From the NCBI GenBank assembly GCA_048940925.1, contig JBHLOC010000005.1, positions 48,978 to 112,977 of the forward strand: a DNA stretch of 64,000 bases, given 5' to 3'. Under the pieces are notes generated by a model that saw nothing but the letters and a program-made list of their open reading frames with translations, made no database searches and had not been told where the DNA came from. Below, piece by piece: positions 17,712-27,593 of the stretch. Numbering within the stretch: position 1 is the stretch's first letter; every line of letters starts with the position of its first letter. The position numbers were made by a program, and so were the translations under genes. The DNA comes from Promethearchaeota archaeon. Its GTDB lineage: Archaea; Asgardarchaeota; Lokiarchaeia; Sigyniarchaeales; SOKP01.

Positions 17712-18536
17712 CTACCCTTTTACTGCTCCTGTCATAAATCCTTTAATAAGAAATTTACCTAATACTAAATATACTATTAAAGCAGGTAATGTATACCATA
17801 ATGTTCCTGCCATTTGACGATTCCACAAAGCTACAAATCCTCCTTGTAAATTTGCAAGAGCAACCGAGGCGGGCATAGATTCAGTTCCTCTTGCTAATAT
17901 TAACCCGAAGAGAAAATCATTCCAAATACTTGTAAATTGAAATACTGCTGCAACAATAAAAGGCAATGCAGATAACGGCAATATTATCTTTTTATATATA
18001 GTCCACGTTCCAGCACCATCAGTTTTAGCTGCTCTTATTATACTATCAGGTACACCATCGTAGAAACTCCTGAAAAGAAGTGTGCACATAGGAATACCAT
18101 ATGCCGTATGAGTGAGGATTAACCCCCATACAGTATTATATAATCCTAAAGCAACCATTGTTAAAATAAGTGGTATTAGAACGATTTGATAGGGTATAAA
18201 AATCCCTAAGATTAGTAAAATGAAAACTGTGTTTGAACCTTTGAATTGTATTTTAGTTAATACAAAACCACAGATGGAACCTAACAAACAAGATAATATA
18301 GTAGCGACAGATGTAAAAATAAAACTATTTATCAAAGGTCTTTGCATGATTTTAAAAGTTTCTGCTAAAGGCTCTAAAGTCGGAGATAAAGGAGGTTCTA
18401 CTGGAATTGTGCGAACTAAATCTTGTTCTGTTTTAAAAGCAGTCATAATACCAGCCCATAAAGGAAGCATCATTATTATCGCAATAAAAATCAACAAAAT
18501 ATAAAGAATTACTCGTCTAACTATTAATACGTTTAT
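17712..18536 (-). CDS. carbohydrate ABC transporter permease (MalG-like); probable ATA start at 18536
   Basis: EAA-like motif RAAKTDGAG, FTSIWNDFL, C-terminal GFMTGAVKG; in-frame extension INVLIVRRVILYIL upstream of the TTG at 18497. Confidence 0.9.
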   Translation of the reverse strand: MNVLIVRRVILYILLIFIAIIMMLPLWAGIMTAFKTEQDLVRTIPVEPPLSPTLEPLAETFKIMQRPLINSFIFTSVATILSCLLGSICGFVLTKIQFKGSNTVFILLILGIFIPYQIVLIPLILTMVALGLYNTVWGLILTHTAYGIPMCTLLFRSFYDGVPDSIIRAAKTDGAGTWTIYKKIILPLSALPFIVAAVFQFTSIWNDFLFGLILARGTESMPASVALANLQGGFVALWNRQMAGTLWYTLPALIVYLVLGKFLIKGFMTGAVKG

Positions 18537-19462
18537 TTTGCTCCCCTCCTATATGTGATATAGAGATATGGAATTACTATTATCATGACTAATGAAAATA
18601 ATACTGTGGCTATGGCAGAGCCGTACGCAGGATGATTTGCAGCAAAAGTTTCTTTATACATTGTGAGTGGTAAAATCTCGGTTGCATAGCCAGGACCTCC
18701 ATTAGTTAATATGTATATGAAATCAAAAGCTTTTAGCGCAAATACCATGAGAACTACAAAGCCAGTGAATGTAGAAGTCTTTATTTGGGGAATAATAACA
18801 CGAGTGTACAACTGAAATCCAGATGCTCCATCTACCTGCGCAGCCATAATGTGAGATTCTGGAATCGAGCGAATTCCTGCTAAAAATATTATCATGGTGT
18901 ATCCAGAAAATTGCCAAGTAAGGGCAATAATCACAGAAAATAGTGCAAGATCAGAGTCTGATGTCCATCCTGGTTTCAAAAATCCAAGTCCAATTAATTT
19001 TAATAACGTATTTATAACCCCTCTTTCTGCATTAAACATCCATCTCCATAAAAATCCAGTGACTATGAATGATAGAGCAAAAGGTAATAGATAAATCGTT
19101 CTAAAAACACCCTCTCTCCTTACTTTTTGATCTAGAAGTATGGCTAAGAACAAACCTATTAATAAACTTAAAGGTACAAAAATAGCCATTAATACAAGAT
19201 TGTTCCTTAAAGATGTTAAAAATACTTCATCAGTGAAGAGTTTAGCATACTGTTGAAAACCAACAATGTTATAGCTTTGTCTAAGGCCCTCCCAATCAGA
19301 TAACGAGACTATTAAATTCCATCCAATAGCAAAATATACAAAATATACCACAAGGAAAATGCAAAATAAGAATAAAAGCTGAATTATCAAATTCTCTTTT
19401 GAAAAGATATACTTTTTTTGATAGATAAGGCTTTTTATTCTTTCAAATTTCTTTTCTTTCAT
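18533..19462 (-). CDS. carbohydrate ABC transporter permease (MalF-like)
   Basis: FRTIYLLP, AAQVDGAS, FDFIYILTNGGPG. Confidence 0.92.
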   Translation of the reverse strand: MKEKKFERIKSLIYQKKYIFSKENLIIQLLFLFCIFLVVYFVYFAIGWNLIVSLSDWEGLRQSYNIVGFQQYAKLFTDEVFLTSLRNNLVLMAIFVPLSLLIGLFLAILLDQKVRREGVFRTIYLLPFALSFIVTGFLWRWMFNAERGVINTLLKLIGLGFLKPGWTSDSDLALFSVIIALTWQFSGYTMIIFLAGIRSIPESHIMAAQVDGASGFQLYTRVIIPQIKTSTFTGFVVLMVFALKAFDFIYILTNGGPGYATEILPLTMYKETFAANHPAYGSAIATVLFSLVMIIVIPYLYITYRRGAK

Positions 19463-19601
19463 TAAATCACCTGAAATATAACTTAATTTAAATATTATTT
19501 AAAATTATCTAAAGTTTTTCTATAAAAATAAAAAAAGGGGAAAGGATTAAATACTTATAATTTTCCCTTACTAAAGTTAAATTATAATTTTCACCTTATA
19601 T

Positions 19602-20939
19602 TTAAGCTAAGCTCCATACTACTGTATATTCATCAATTATACTTTTTATATAATCAGTTATAGCTTTTGCTGCTTTATTTACATCTTTATCTTCTACAAA
19701 TGCCGACATTATATCATTTAATTTTACTTTAAATGCTTCAGGTGCTCCACTTCCATGAACTACACTAGGAAACATATATGGGACTTTCTTAAAGTCGGCG
19801 ACAGCGGCTTTTTGATACGCTCCGTATTTAGAGAGGTCTGAATCAGTACGAGCTGATATCGATCCTTTAAGAGGATTAAAAGCATCTTGACCTGCTTTAG
19901 AACCTACAACTTCTAACCATCTATCTGAATTTTTAGGGTGTGCTACATTCTTTGGATGCTGGAAACAATCTATTACAAGACCGTACATATCACCTGTTCC
20001 TGGAGGCGCAAATGTGCCATATTCGACACCATATGTATAATTCGCAACAGCAGGACCGAATTCTCCATTTGCCCAATCTCCCATGATATTAAAGGCACTT
20101 TCATTATTAATAATTGCTGCTGTTGCTGCGTCCCAAGTTAAATCAGGTGATTCTTTGGTATCAACAAATCCTAGATACTCTTTGAAGGTAGTAAGTGCGC
20201 TTACTAAATCTTCATCATCAGCTGAAGTAATTTTTCCATTTATATAGTCTTCATAAACATCAATTCCCTCGCTAGCAAGGATTTGCTCAAAAGCATGTGC
20301 TGCAGTCCAATCTTGACCCATACTTATGGGATGAGCAATCCCACCATCATCATGTAATACAGTACAAGCATTAAAGAAAGCAGTCCAAGTAGTTAATTTT
20401 TCAGGATCAATATTGTTATCTTCAAGTAATTTTGCACTATACCATACTACATTAGCTCTATGGATGTTAACTGGCATAGAATAATAATGCCCACCAAATT
20501 TATTCATGCTTTGTACTACATCTGGAATAACATTCTTTAAATCAGCAGTCCATAAATCATCTATAGGTTCTAGTAAATTCGCGTCATAATAGGGTACACC
20601 CTCATAGCCAGCATGCATTTGAAATGCATCCGGAGCTTCTCCCGCAAGGACTAGGGATTTAATAACTCCTAACATTGTAAATCCTGCTCCACCTGACACT
20701 GGACTTTGTATGACAGCTACATCAGGATATTCTTCTTGAAAAACTCCAACAAGCGCTGCAATAGCTGCTGCTTCTCCTCCTGAAGTCCACCAATGGTATA
20801 TCTCAAGTGCATCTACTTTTTTTTCAGGTTGGGATAAAACAGCATAAGTTACGCCACCTGCCACTCCACCTACTACTATTGCAGTAATTATTATTGCAAT
20901 AGCTATTTTTCCTTTTGATGATAATTCCATTTTCATCAA
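19602..20939 (-). CDS. sugar (glucose/mannose-type) ABC transporter substrate-binding protein with N-terminal membrane anchor
   Basis: EIYHWWTSGGEAAA, PVNIHRAN, IMGDWA, FNPLKGSI motifs of glucose-binding SBPs; N-terminal TM. Confidence 0.88.
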   Translation of the reverse strand: MMKMELSSKGKIAIAIIITAIVVGGVAGGVTYAVLSQPEKKVDALEIYHWWTSGGEAAAIAALVGVFQEEYPDVAVIQSPVSGGAGFTMLGVIKSLVLAGEAPDAFQMHAGYEGVPYYDANLLEPIDDLWTADLKNVIPDVVQSMNKFGGHYYSMPVNIHRANVVWYSAKLLEDNNIDPEKLTTWTAFFNACTVLHDDGGIAHPISMGQDWTAAHAFEQILASEGIDVYEDYINGKITSADDEDLVSALTTFKEYLGFVDTKESPDLTWDAATAAIINNESAFNIMGDWANGEFGPAVANYTYGVEYGTFAPPGTGDMYGLVIDCFQHPKNVAHPKNSDRWLEVVGSKAGQDAFNPLKGSISARTDSDLSKYGAYQKAAVADFKKVPYMFPSVVHGSGAPEAFKVKLNDIMSAFVEDKDVNKAAKAITDYIKSIIDEYTVVWSLA

Positions 20940-21091
20940 TCTCTCTTAATTATTTTTTTTAGGATAAATTGACTTGTTGTCAGATTTACCTTTCTCCCAT
21001 TCTTTAAAAGCTTTACTTTTTTTTTTTGAGATCTTTTGACATAACTAAATAAGTATTAACTAAATTATTTTTTTTAGATATAATATCGCAG

Positions 21092-21517
21092 TTAATATTC
21101 TAAAATTAGAGTTTTTTTATACTGCTTTATCTTTGAAGTAAGAATTCGTTCAATTATATCTGAGAATGAACTAAATTGAGATATTTCACCATTGAAATCC
21201 GTTAAAACTTCTTTATATTTTTCTAAAAAGATTTCAATAATAATTTCCGCTATATCTTCTAACGTTTTCTTGTCAAGAGTCTTATTTTCACACTTCATTA
21301 CTAAATGAAAATTAGATTTATGAGTATAGAAGAAAAACATATAACTATCAAGTGTTAACATACGTAGACTTTCTTTAAAACTCTGTTTAGTAAAGCGACA
21401 TATTACATCAAAATAACTTGCTAAAGATTGTTTATCATCCATTTTATGATTTTTTATGAAATCATGATAAAATAAAGCTATTCCTGCTTGATTAATAATC
21501 ATTATTTCCTGAATCAT
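21092..21517 (-). CDS. longin-like domain protein
   Basis: IMIINQAGIALFYHDF start, central helix plus beta strands, FLEKY...F..F...I end, typical of Asgard longin-like proteins. Confidence 0.6.
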   Translation of the reverse strand: MIQEIMIINQAGIALFYHDFIKNHKMDDKQSLASYFDVICRFTKQSFKESLRMLTLDSYMFFFYTHKSNFHLVMKCENKTLDKKTLEDIAEIIIEIFLEKYKEVLTDFNGEISQFSSFSDIIERILTSKIKQYKKTLILEY

Positions 21518-21867
21518 AATTGTTTAACTTTTAAGATATAATGGATTTTTCTATTCAACTAACCCTTGAGAATAGATGCTATTAGAATTGGTACATCTAA
21601 CTTATAGAACAATAAATTTTTAAACTTTTATTTTAAGAATTATTAACCTCTTAGCAAACGATTACATAGCATAAATTGCACATAACGAATATTTAAATGT
21701 AATACTATCATACAATAATAATTAGGAGTGCTTTTTTGTCGGAAACTTTCATTAAAATCAATTTAAATTATTTTAATGCCGTTTTAAGCTATTTTATAAT
21801 TTTTTTAGTTAATTATAGAAATATTTAATGGTTACTCTTTACTAAGGTATCTAATTATAAATCACTG

Positions 21868-22068
21868 GTGTTTAAACTGACATGGGGAGGTTCCCTTAAT
21901 AAAGAGGGTTCTGATTATATTAAAAAACTTAGGGAAGCAGATAAAGTAATATTGTTGTTTTTAGAAAGCATGAAAAAGGATTTGAATCAAGAAGAACAAG
22001 CAAAAATCTCTAAAACAGTTGAAATAATAGTAGATTATATTTCTAAAATTTCAGAGAAAAAAGAATAA
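21868..22068 (+). CDS. small helical hypothetical protein
   Basis: 66-aa ORF, amphipathic helices, convergent with the next gene; start uncertain. Confidence 0.45.
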   Translation: MFKLTWGGSLNKEGSDYIKKLREADKVILLFLESMKKDLNQEEQAKISKTVEIIVDYISKISEKKE

Positions 22069-22072
22069 CATT

Positions 22073-22642
22073 TTAGATTTTCTTCATAATGTATTTAATG
22101 ATATCTATAATTTGATCTGCTGCGTTTTGAATTGTCTCTGTGAGATGAAAATCAAAAAACGGAAGATCTATATTCTCGCTTCTCTCCTCGAGAGAGATTT
22201 CATTTTTCTTATACAAATCCAACTCTGTGAATCCTTCAAGACTTTCTGGTACAAAACCTATCATAAAAACTTGTAACTTTGGTAATTTTTGCAACAATAA
22301 ATCAATAACTACATTAACTGGTAACGTATGAGAGGATATTGGGACAAGTTCCTTAATATTCTCACGTTCTATTATAGATACCGTGCCAGCAGGTTCATTG
22401 AGGGTACATGTATCTAATATTACTAAGTGTGATGGTTGAAATTCAAAGACATCATCAATTCTATTCATTGGATCAATGCCCGCATTTATGAACAAAAATT
22501 TTTCATTAGAATATTCTAAGAGTTCACTTATTATATAAACACCTATTGCGTCGTCTCTAAGCTTTTCTTCACCTATACCCATGAAAGCTATTTTATTAGC
22601 TCTATGCAATTTTTTTAAAAGTATCCCAATTAGCTCTTTCAT
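22073..22642 (-). CDS. hydrogenase maturation endopeptidase (HycI-like)
   Basis: MGIGEEKLRDDAIG, VILD, ISSHTLP motifs. Confidence 0.8.
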   Translation of the reverse strand: MKELIGILLKKLHRANKIAFMGIGEEKLRDDAIGVYIISELLEYSNEKFLFINAGIDPMNRIDDVFEFQPSHLVILDTCTLNEPAGTVSIIERENIKELVPISSHTLPVNVVIDLLLQKLPKLQVFMIGFVPESLEGFTELDLYKKNEISLEERSENIDLPFFDFHLTETIQNAADQIIDIIKYIMKKI

Positions 22643-22769
22643 AATGAGGCAATATTATTTTGAATATTATAATGATCCATAGCTATTCTAATTAATCAAA
22701 AAAAGAGTTGTAAAATTATATGCAATTCCATTGATTTATTTTAAAAATAATAAAAACAATGAAAAATGC

Positions 22770-23822
22770 CTAGATTACCTGTTCAATTGGAATTTTCTTA
22801 ATTGTATGAAAAGCAGCAGTTAGACATTTTTCTGCATCATTCACAATAGTATTGATTATATTGGATACACTCTCTACTCTTGTAATAAGTCCAATACTTT
22901 GCCCTATATATACAGTACCATCTTCAACATTACCTTCATAAGTCATTTCCAGTTCTGCTAGTTCCCTTTCTACATTGGACATCGAAGTCTCTCCAGCTCT
23001 TTTTTCTTCTTTACTTTTGACAAGTTCTTGGTTTTCAGCCCTTGTATTCTTCCATACCCTCGCAGGTCCAAAAATTCCAGTTTTTAGTTCAGTGTCAGAA
23101 GCAGTGGAATGAATTACGACATTTTTATATTTTTCATGAAATTCACATTCTTTTGAAGCTATAAATCTGGATCCCATAGCAATTGCTCCTGCACCCATAG
23201 ATATGGCAGAAGCTAAGCCTTCACCCGTGGCAAATCCTCCAGACGCAATTATAGGAACATTCGGTAATTCTTTTCTTATCTGTTGTAAAAGAACTAAAGT
23301 ACTTACATTATCATAGGATTGATGTCCTCCACCTTCAGTTCCAGTAATAATCAACCCATCGACTCCACTATTAACCAGTTTTTTAGCGAGATATGATGAA
23401 GGAGCAACATGGAAATGCTTAATATTTGAACCACTCTCCTTTAATTTTTCAAAGTGTTTATTATAAATCATTCTTGGGGAACCTGCACTTGTAACTATAT
23501 AGATACACTGTTCTTTTATTTTTGGATTTTCCATGATAAATCTTGGAAGTTGTCTGCACAATTTTATTGCATCTGGCTGTAATCTAGCCGTTCTGATGTT
23601 AAATCCGAAAGGCTTATCAGTATGTTCAACAACGTACTCCATACTTTTTTTCATTTCATCAAGAGTTATAGTTCCATGTAAAGTAACATGACTTAAAACA
23701 CCTAATCCACCTGCTTCAGATACGGCAACAGTTAATTTAGTAGTATAAAAAGGGCCCATTGGAGCACTTAATATTGGATGTTTAATCCCAAGCATTTTTG
23801 TAATATTCGTTTCGATTACCAT
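22770..23822 (-). CDS. nitronate monooxygenase / FabK-like flavin oxidoreductase
   Basis: LGIKHPILSAPM, AVSEAGGLG, GTEGGGH, IIASGG, MGSRF. Confidence 0.88.
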   Translation of the reverse strand: MVIETNITKMLGIKHPILSAPMGPFYTTKLTVAVSEAGGLGVLSHVTLHGTITLDEMKKSMEYVVEHTDKPFGFNIRTARLQPDAIKLCRQLPRFIMENPKIKEQCIYIVTSAGSPRMIYNKHFEKLKESGSNIKHFHVAPSSYLAKKLVNSGVDGLIITGTEGGGHQSYDNVSTLVLLQQIRKELPNVPIIASGGFATGEGLASAISMGAGAIAMGSRFIASKECEFHEKYKNVVIHSTASDTELKTGIFGPARVWKNTRAENQELVKSKEEKRAGETSMSNVERELAELEMTYEGNVEDGTVYIGQSIGLITRVESVSNIINTIVNDAEKCLTAAFHTIKKIPIEQVI

Positions 23823-24263
23823 TCTTAATCACTAACTTTTATTATAAAAGTCTTTAATTTATTAAATCAAATCTTCAATTAATAAATTAAATATTTAGTT
23901 ATTTTTATCAACAGGTTATTTATAAAACTTTTACATGAAAACACAATATCAAAAGTATGAAATTTTAAGAGATATTATTAAAAATTTTTATAAATTTTAT
24001 TAAATATGAAAATTTAGGTAATCTTATTAAAATAAATAGTGCTATTTTATTCAAGCAGAAGGATTTTCGAATTCAAACAAATTTCTTCAATCAATTTCAA
24101 TCTGAAACTTCTTATTTTATGTGAAAATTGTAAGATGGAACGAGAAAAATTAGTGAATTATCAAGTTAAATAATAAATACTTCTTAGAAGGTTAAGATTT
24201 TTTCAAATTTATTAGAAGATGGCATAAATTCATTAATTATTATACATTTTTAATAACTATTAC

Positions 24264-24866
24264 ATGACAGAAGAATCGATTGAAAAAGCGGAGAAACTAC
24301 AATTCGAGGGAGTTATCGAAGAAGATAAAGTTATTGTCTCTGATAAAAGAGGAATTGACGAATTTTACAATTCATCCTATATTGGGACTCTCACAAAAAA
24401 TAATGAAGGAAATGAAGTTTTAATTTTTGATGCTATCGAAGTATTACTTCTATGCGAAAGAAATAGAATCCTCTTATGGGAAGAAAACGATAAAGGTAAA
24501 ACCCAATATGATTTTGAGGGTTTGTTATTGTATTTCACTCATTATGATGAGAGATTATGGCATAAATATATAATCTATATGGATCTAAGAAAAAGAGGAT
24601 ATATCGTCCGAACTGGCTATGGAAATGGAATAGAATTTCGTGTTTTTAAGAGAGGAGCTGATTTTGAAAAGGATACAGCGAAATTTTTGATATATCCTGT
24701 ATTTGAAGGAGAACCTATAGAATTAAGGGATTTAGATAAAATGTCAAGAGTAGCCATGAGTTCACGTAAAGATTTAATTGTAGCAACTGTAGATAGATTA
24801 AGCAAACCAATATATTATAGTGTAAAGAAATTCCAGATTCTAAATATAGAAGATAATTTAGAATAA
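24264..24866 (+). CDS. tRNA-splicing endonuclease family subunit, probably non-catalytic
   Basis: EVLLL, YIIYMDLRKRGYIVRTG, FRVFKRG, RVAMSSRKDLIVATVD; catalytic Tyr and His positions carry F and T. Confidence 0.82.
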   Translation: MTEESIEKAEKLQFEGVIEEDKVIVSDKRGIDEFYNSSYIGTLTKNNEGNEVLIFDAIEVLLLCERNRILLWEENDKGKTQYDFEGLLLYFTHYDERLWHKYIIYMDLRKRGYIVRTGYGNGIEFRVFKRGADFEKDTAKFLIYPVFEGEPIELRDLDKMSRVAMSSRKDLIVATVDRLSKPIYYSVKKFQILNIEDNLE

Positions 24867-24909
24867 GATAATTAATTTTTATTTGAAAATAGTAAAGAAT
24901 GGAACGAAG

Positions 24910-26568
24910 ATGCCTGATAAGTTTGTTTGTGATACCTCAGTTATTTTTAATGGAATGATTCTTGATTTAATTGAAAATGGCGAGCTTGGGGAATATCCTG
25001 AGATATTGATCCCCAATATAGTAATTGCTGAAATTGAATATAGGACAAATATTCATAAAGAAATTGGATTTTATGGTTTAAATGTTTTAAAGACATTAAG
25101 AGAATTAAATGAGGAAGGCACAATAAGGCTTCAGATAGTTGGCAAGCGTCCTACTAGAGAAGAAATAAAAATGGCACCAGGAGGGGAACTTGATGCCCTC
25201 ATAAGAGAAACTACGCTGAAAAATAAAGGGGTATTAATAACTGCAGATAGGATTCAAGGTGAAGTAGGTATTTTTGAAGGTGTAGAAGTTTTTTTTGTAA
25301 AAGAAAGAGGAATCCATAAACCAAAAGAACCACTCTCTCTTAAATTGCTGGAATATTTCGATGATAAGACTATGAGTGTTCATCTTAAAAAGAATTTACC
25401 TGCATATGCTAAGAGGGGCTCACCTGGAAATTGGAAATTAGAAAAGATTAACAATGAAATCATTAATCCCAAACTCATCGAAGATATCGCTTTTGAAATT
25501 ATTGAGAATGTAAGAGAAGATAATCATTCATTTATTGAAATTGAAAAAATGGGTGCTGTTGTTGCCCAACTGCGAGAATTCAGAATAGTAATCACCAGAC
25601 CTCCCTTTTCTAATGATGTTGAGATAACAGCAGTTCGACCACTTGTAAATTTAAAATTATCAGATTATTCAATAGATGATAAATTGAGATATCGGATACA
25701 AAAGGCTGAAGGTATACTAGTGTGTGGATCTCCCGGAGCAGGAAAAAGTACTTTCTGTGCAGCATTAGCTAATTATTACTTAAGTCAAAATAAAGTTGTT
25801 AAAACACTTGAGAGTGTACGGGATCTACAGGTTCAACCAGAAATAACTCAATATACAAAATTAGAAGGTAGTCTTGAGAATTCAGCAGACATTCTTTTAC
25901 TTGTTCGTCCTGATTTCACAATTTTCGATGAGGTAAGAACTACCAAAGATTTTGAAGTATATGCAGATTTTCGTTTATCTGGAGTTGGTATGGTTGGTGT
26001 CGTTCACTCATCTTCTGCAATAGATGCTATTCAAAGGTTTATTGGTCGTATAGAACTTGGAATGCTACCTTCTATTATTGATACAATTATTTTTATCGAA
26101 GGCGGTGATATTACAACGGTTTTAGTTATTAAAATGACTGTTAAAGTGCCTTCGGGTTTAAGAGATAAGGATTTAGCGAGACCTGTAGTAGAAGTAAGAA
26201 ATTATAAAACGGGTCAACTTGAGTTTGAAATTTATTCTTTTGGACAAGATATTGTGATAAATCCAATTAGATCTAAAAAGTCACATTATCGAACTGATCA
26301 ATATATAGACTTATTTACTTATAAAAAGAGCAGATCAAAAAAAGATAGGATTAATATCGACATTGAAGCAAGGAAAGATAGAATAATTCTAAAAGCTGCG
26401 CCAAAATATGCGAGTCAAAATATTATTGTGTATGCTGACCAAGAAGAAATTTTTACGGGATCATTAAGTAGGAAAAGTGAAATAAATTTATCATTAACTA
26501 ATAAAGAAGGAAGGAGAATTCTTAAAGAATTTGATAAAAATAAGGATATTTATGCTAGACAAAAATAA
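24910..26568 (+). CDS. PIN-domain ATPase (PINA-like branch-migration ATPase)
   Basis: PIN: VCDTS...E...LDALIR...TAD; Walker A GSPGAGKST; LLVRPDFTIFDEVR; GMVGVVH; probable ATG at 24910. Confidence 0.88.
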   Translation: MPDKFVCDTSVIFNGMILDLIENGELGEYPEILIPNIVIAEIEYRTNIHKEIGFYGLNVLKTLRELNEEGTIRLQIVGKRPTREEIKMAPGGELDALIRETTLKNKGVLITADRIQGEVGIFEGVEVFFVKERGIHKPKEPLSLKLLEYFDDKTMSVHLKKNLPAYAKRGSPGNWKLEKINNEIINPKLIEDIAFEIIENVREDNHSFIEIEKMGAVVAQLREFRIVITRPPFSNDVEITAVRPLVNLKLSDYSIDDKLRYRIQKAEGILVCGSPGAGKSTFCAALANYYLSQNKVVKTLESVRDLQVQPEITQYTKLEGSLENSADILLLVRPDFTIFDEVRTTKDFEVYADFRLSGVGMVGVVHSSSAIDAIQRFIGRIELGMLPSIIDTIIFIEGGDITTVLVIKMTVKVPSGLRDKDLARPVVEVRNYKTGQLEFEIYSFGQDIVINPIRSKKSHYRTDQYIDLFTYKKSRSKKDRINIDIEARKDRIILKAAPKYASQNIIVYADQEEIFTGSLSRKSEINLSLTNKEGRRILKEFDKNKDIYARQK

Positions 26569-26744
26569 GTGTTAAAAATTAAATATATTGTATTTTTTTT
26601 GCACCTTTAATCTATTTAGTAGAGCTTCGTAAAAATCATTTTCAAGCTTATCATCAAATAGACAAAAATTTATCCAAAAATGAGTATGAAACCTTTACCT
26701 ATTTTTAATTTCAAGTTATAGGTGTGTTCTTTTTTGTTTTTAAT

Positions 26745-27284
26745 CTATTCATCTGAATGGGCTATAAAAATCATCTGATCCATGATATAACCCCATGGAT
26801 CTGAATGTCCGTCAATTTTATCGGCAGGAGGATTTTCTAAACTAAATCGAATATGTGCTATTTGTCCGAAATGATGGATAGCATGCATTGAAGTCCTGTA
26901 AATTTTCCAAGCAAGAGTCCCTCTTCTCCTCAAATTTTGATAATTTTCATCTTCCCACTCCGGAATTCTTAGATTTAGATCATCATTATCTGCATTATCA
27001 ATTAGTTCGAGTATAATAGGCTCGTGTTTTTTAAAACTATTAACTAAATCATTAAAGTAGATTTCTTTCGAAAAATATTCAAATGATTCATCCTTTATCA
27101 TTTTATACCAATAAGCCTCCGCATTAAGAATATGTCTTAGATAACTCTCAATTGATCTTGCTTTTGTATTCTCTGGAATCCAAGTCGCTTCATTTTCTTT
27201 TAAACCTTCCAACATGCGATTTCCATAAAGTCTGATAGTTTTCACAACCTCTTTCAATTCCTTTTTTGTAGTTTTTCTGACCAT
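26745..27284 (-). CDS. DinB/DUF664-family protein
   Basis: RSIESYLRHILNAEAYW and HAIHHFGQI His motifs; probable ATG at 27284. Confidence 0.75.
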   Translation of the reverse strand: MVRKTTKKELKEVVKTIRLYGNRMLEGLKENEATWIPENTKARSIESYLRHILNAEAYWYKMIKDESFEYFSKEIYFNDLVNSFKKHEPIILELIDNADNDDLNLRIPEWEDENYQNLRRRGTLAWKIYRTSMHAIHHFGQIAHIRFSLENPPADKIDGHSDPWGYIMDQMIFIAHSDE

Positions 27285-27593
27285 TTTTAAGCACTTTGTT
27301 ACAGTATTAGATTGCAATTTTTTCAAATTAATAAAGATTACTACATTCTATTGTTAAACAATAGTTGTGAGACTAATCTATAAGTGTTGGAACGATTTTA
27401 AAGATGAATTGAAGAGGATATAATATTTCTGCTGAAAACTAATTAATTCTCAGATTTGCTACTTTATGTTTAACCTCCCATCTTCGAAAGTAAAGTTTTT
27501 TATCTTTTTAATTTGGTTTTAATTAATCATATTATCATGAAATGAATCTTAATTAGAATTTGATCGAGCTTTTTTATCAATTTTAAAGGTACA

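Noticed and set aside
17700-17712. In-frame TGA upstream of the ABC ATPase as possible selenocysteine or readthrough
   Set aside because: It is part of the GAGGTGA SD motif, there is no redox context, and I recognised no SECIS-like hairpin.
24039-24173. Possible small ORF containing CENC upstream of the EndA-like gene
   Set aside because: Only one CxxC, weak start context and low-complexity sequence; cannot be supported.
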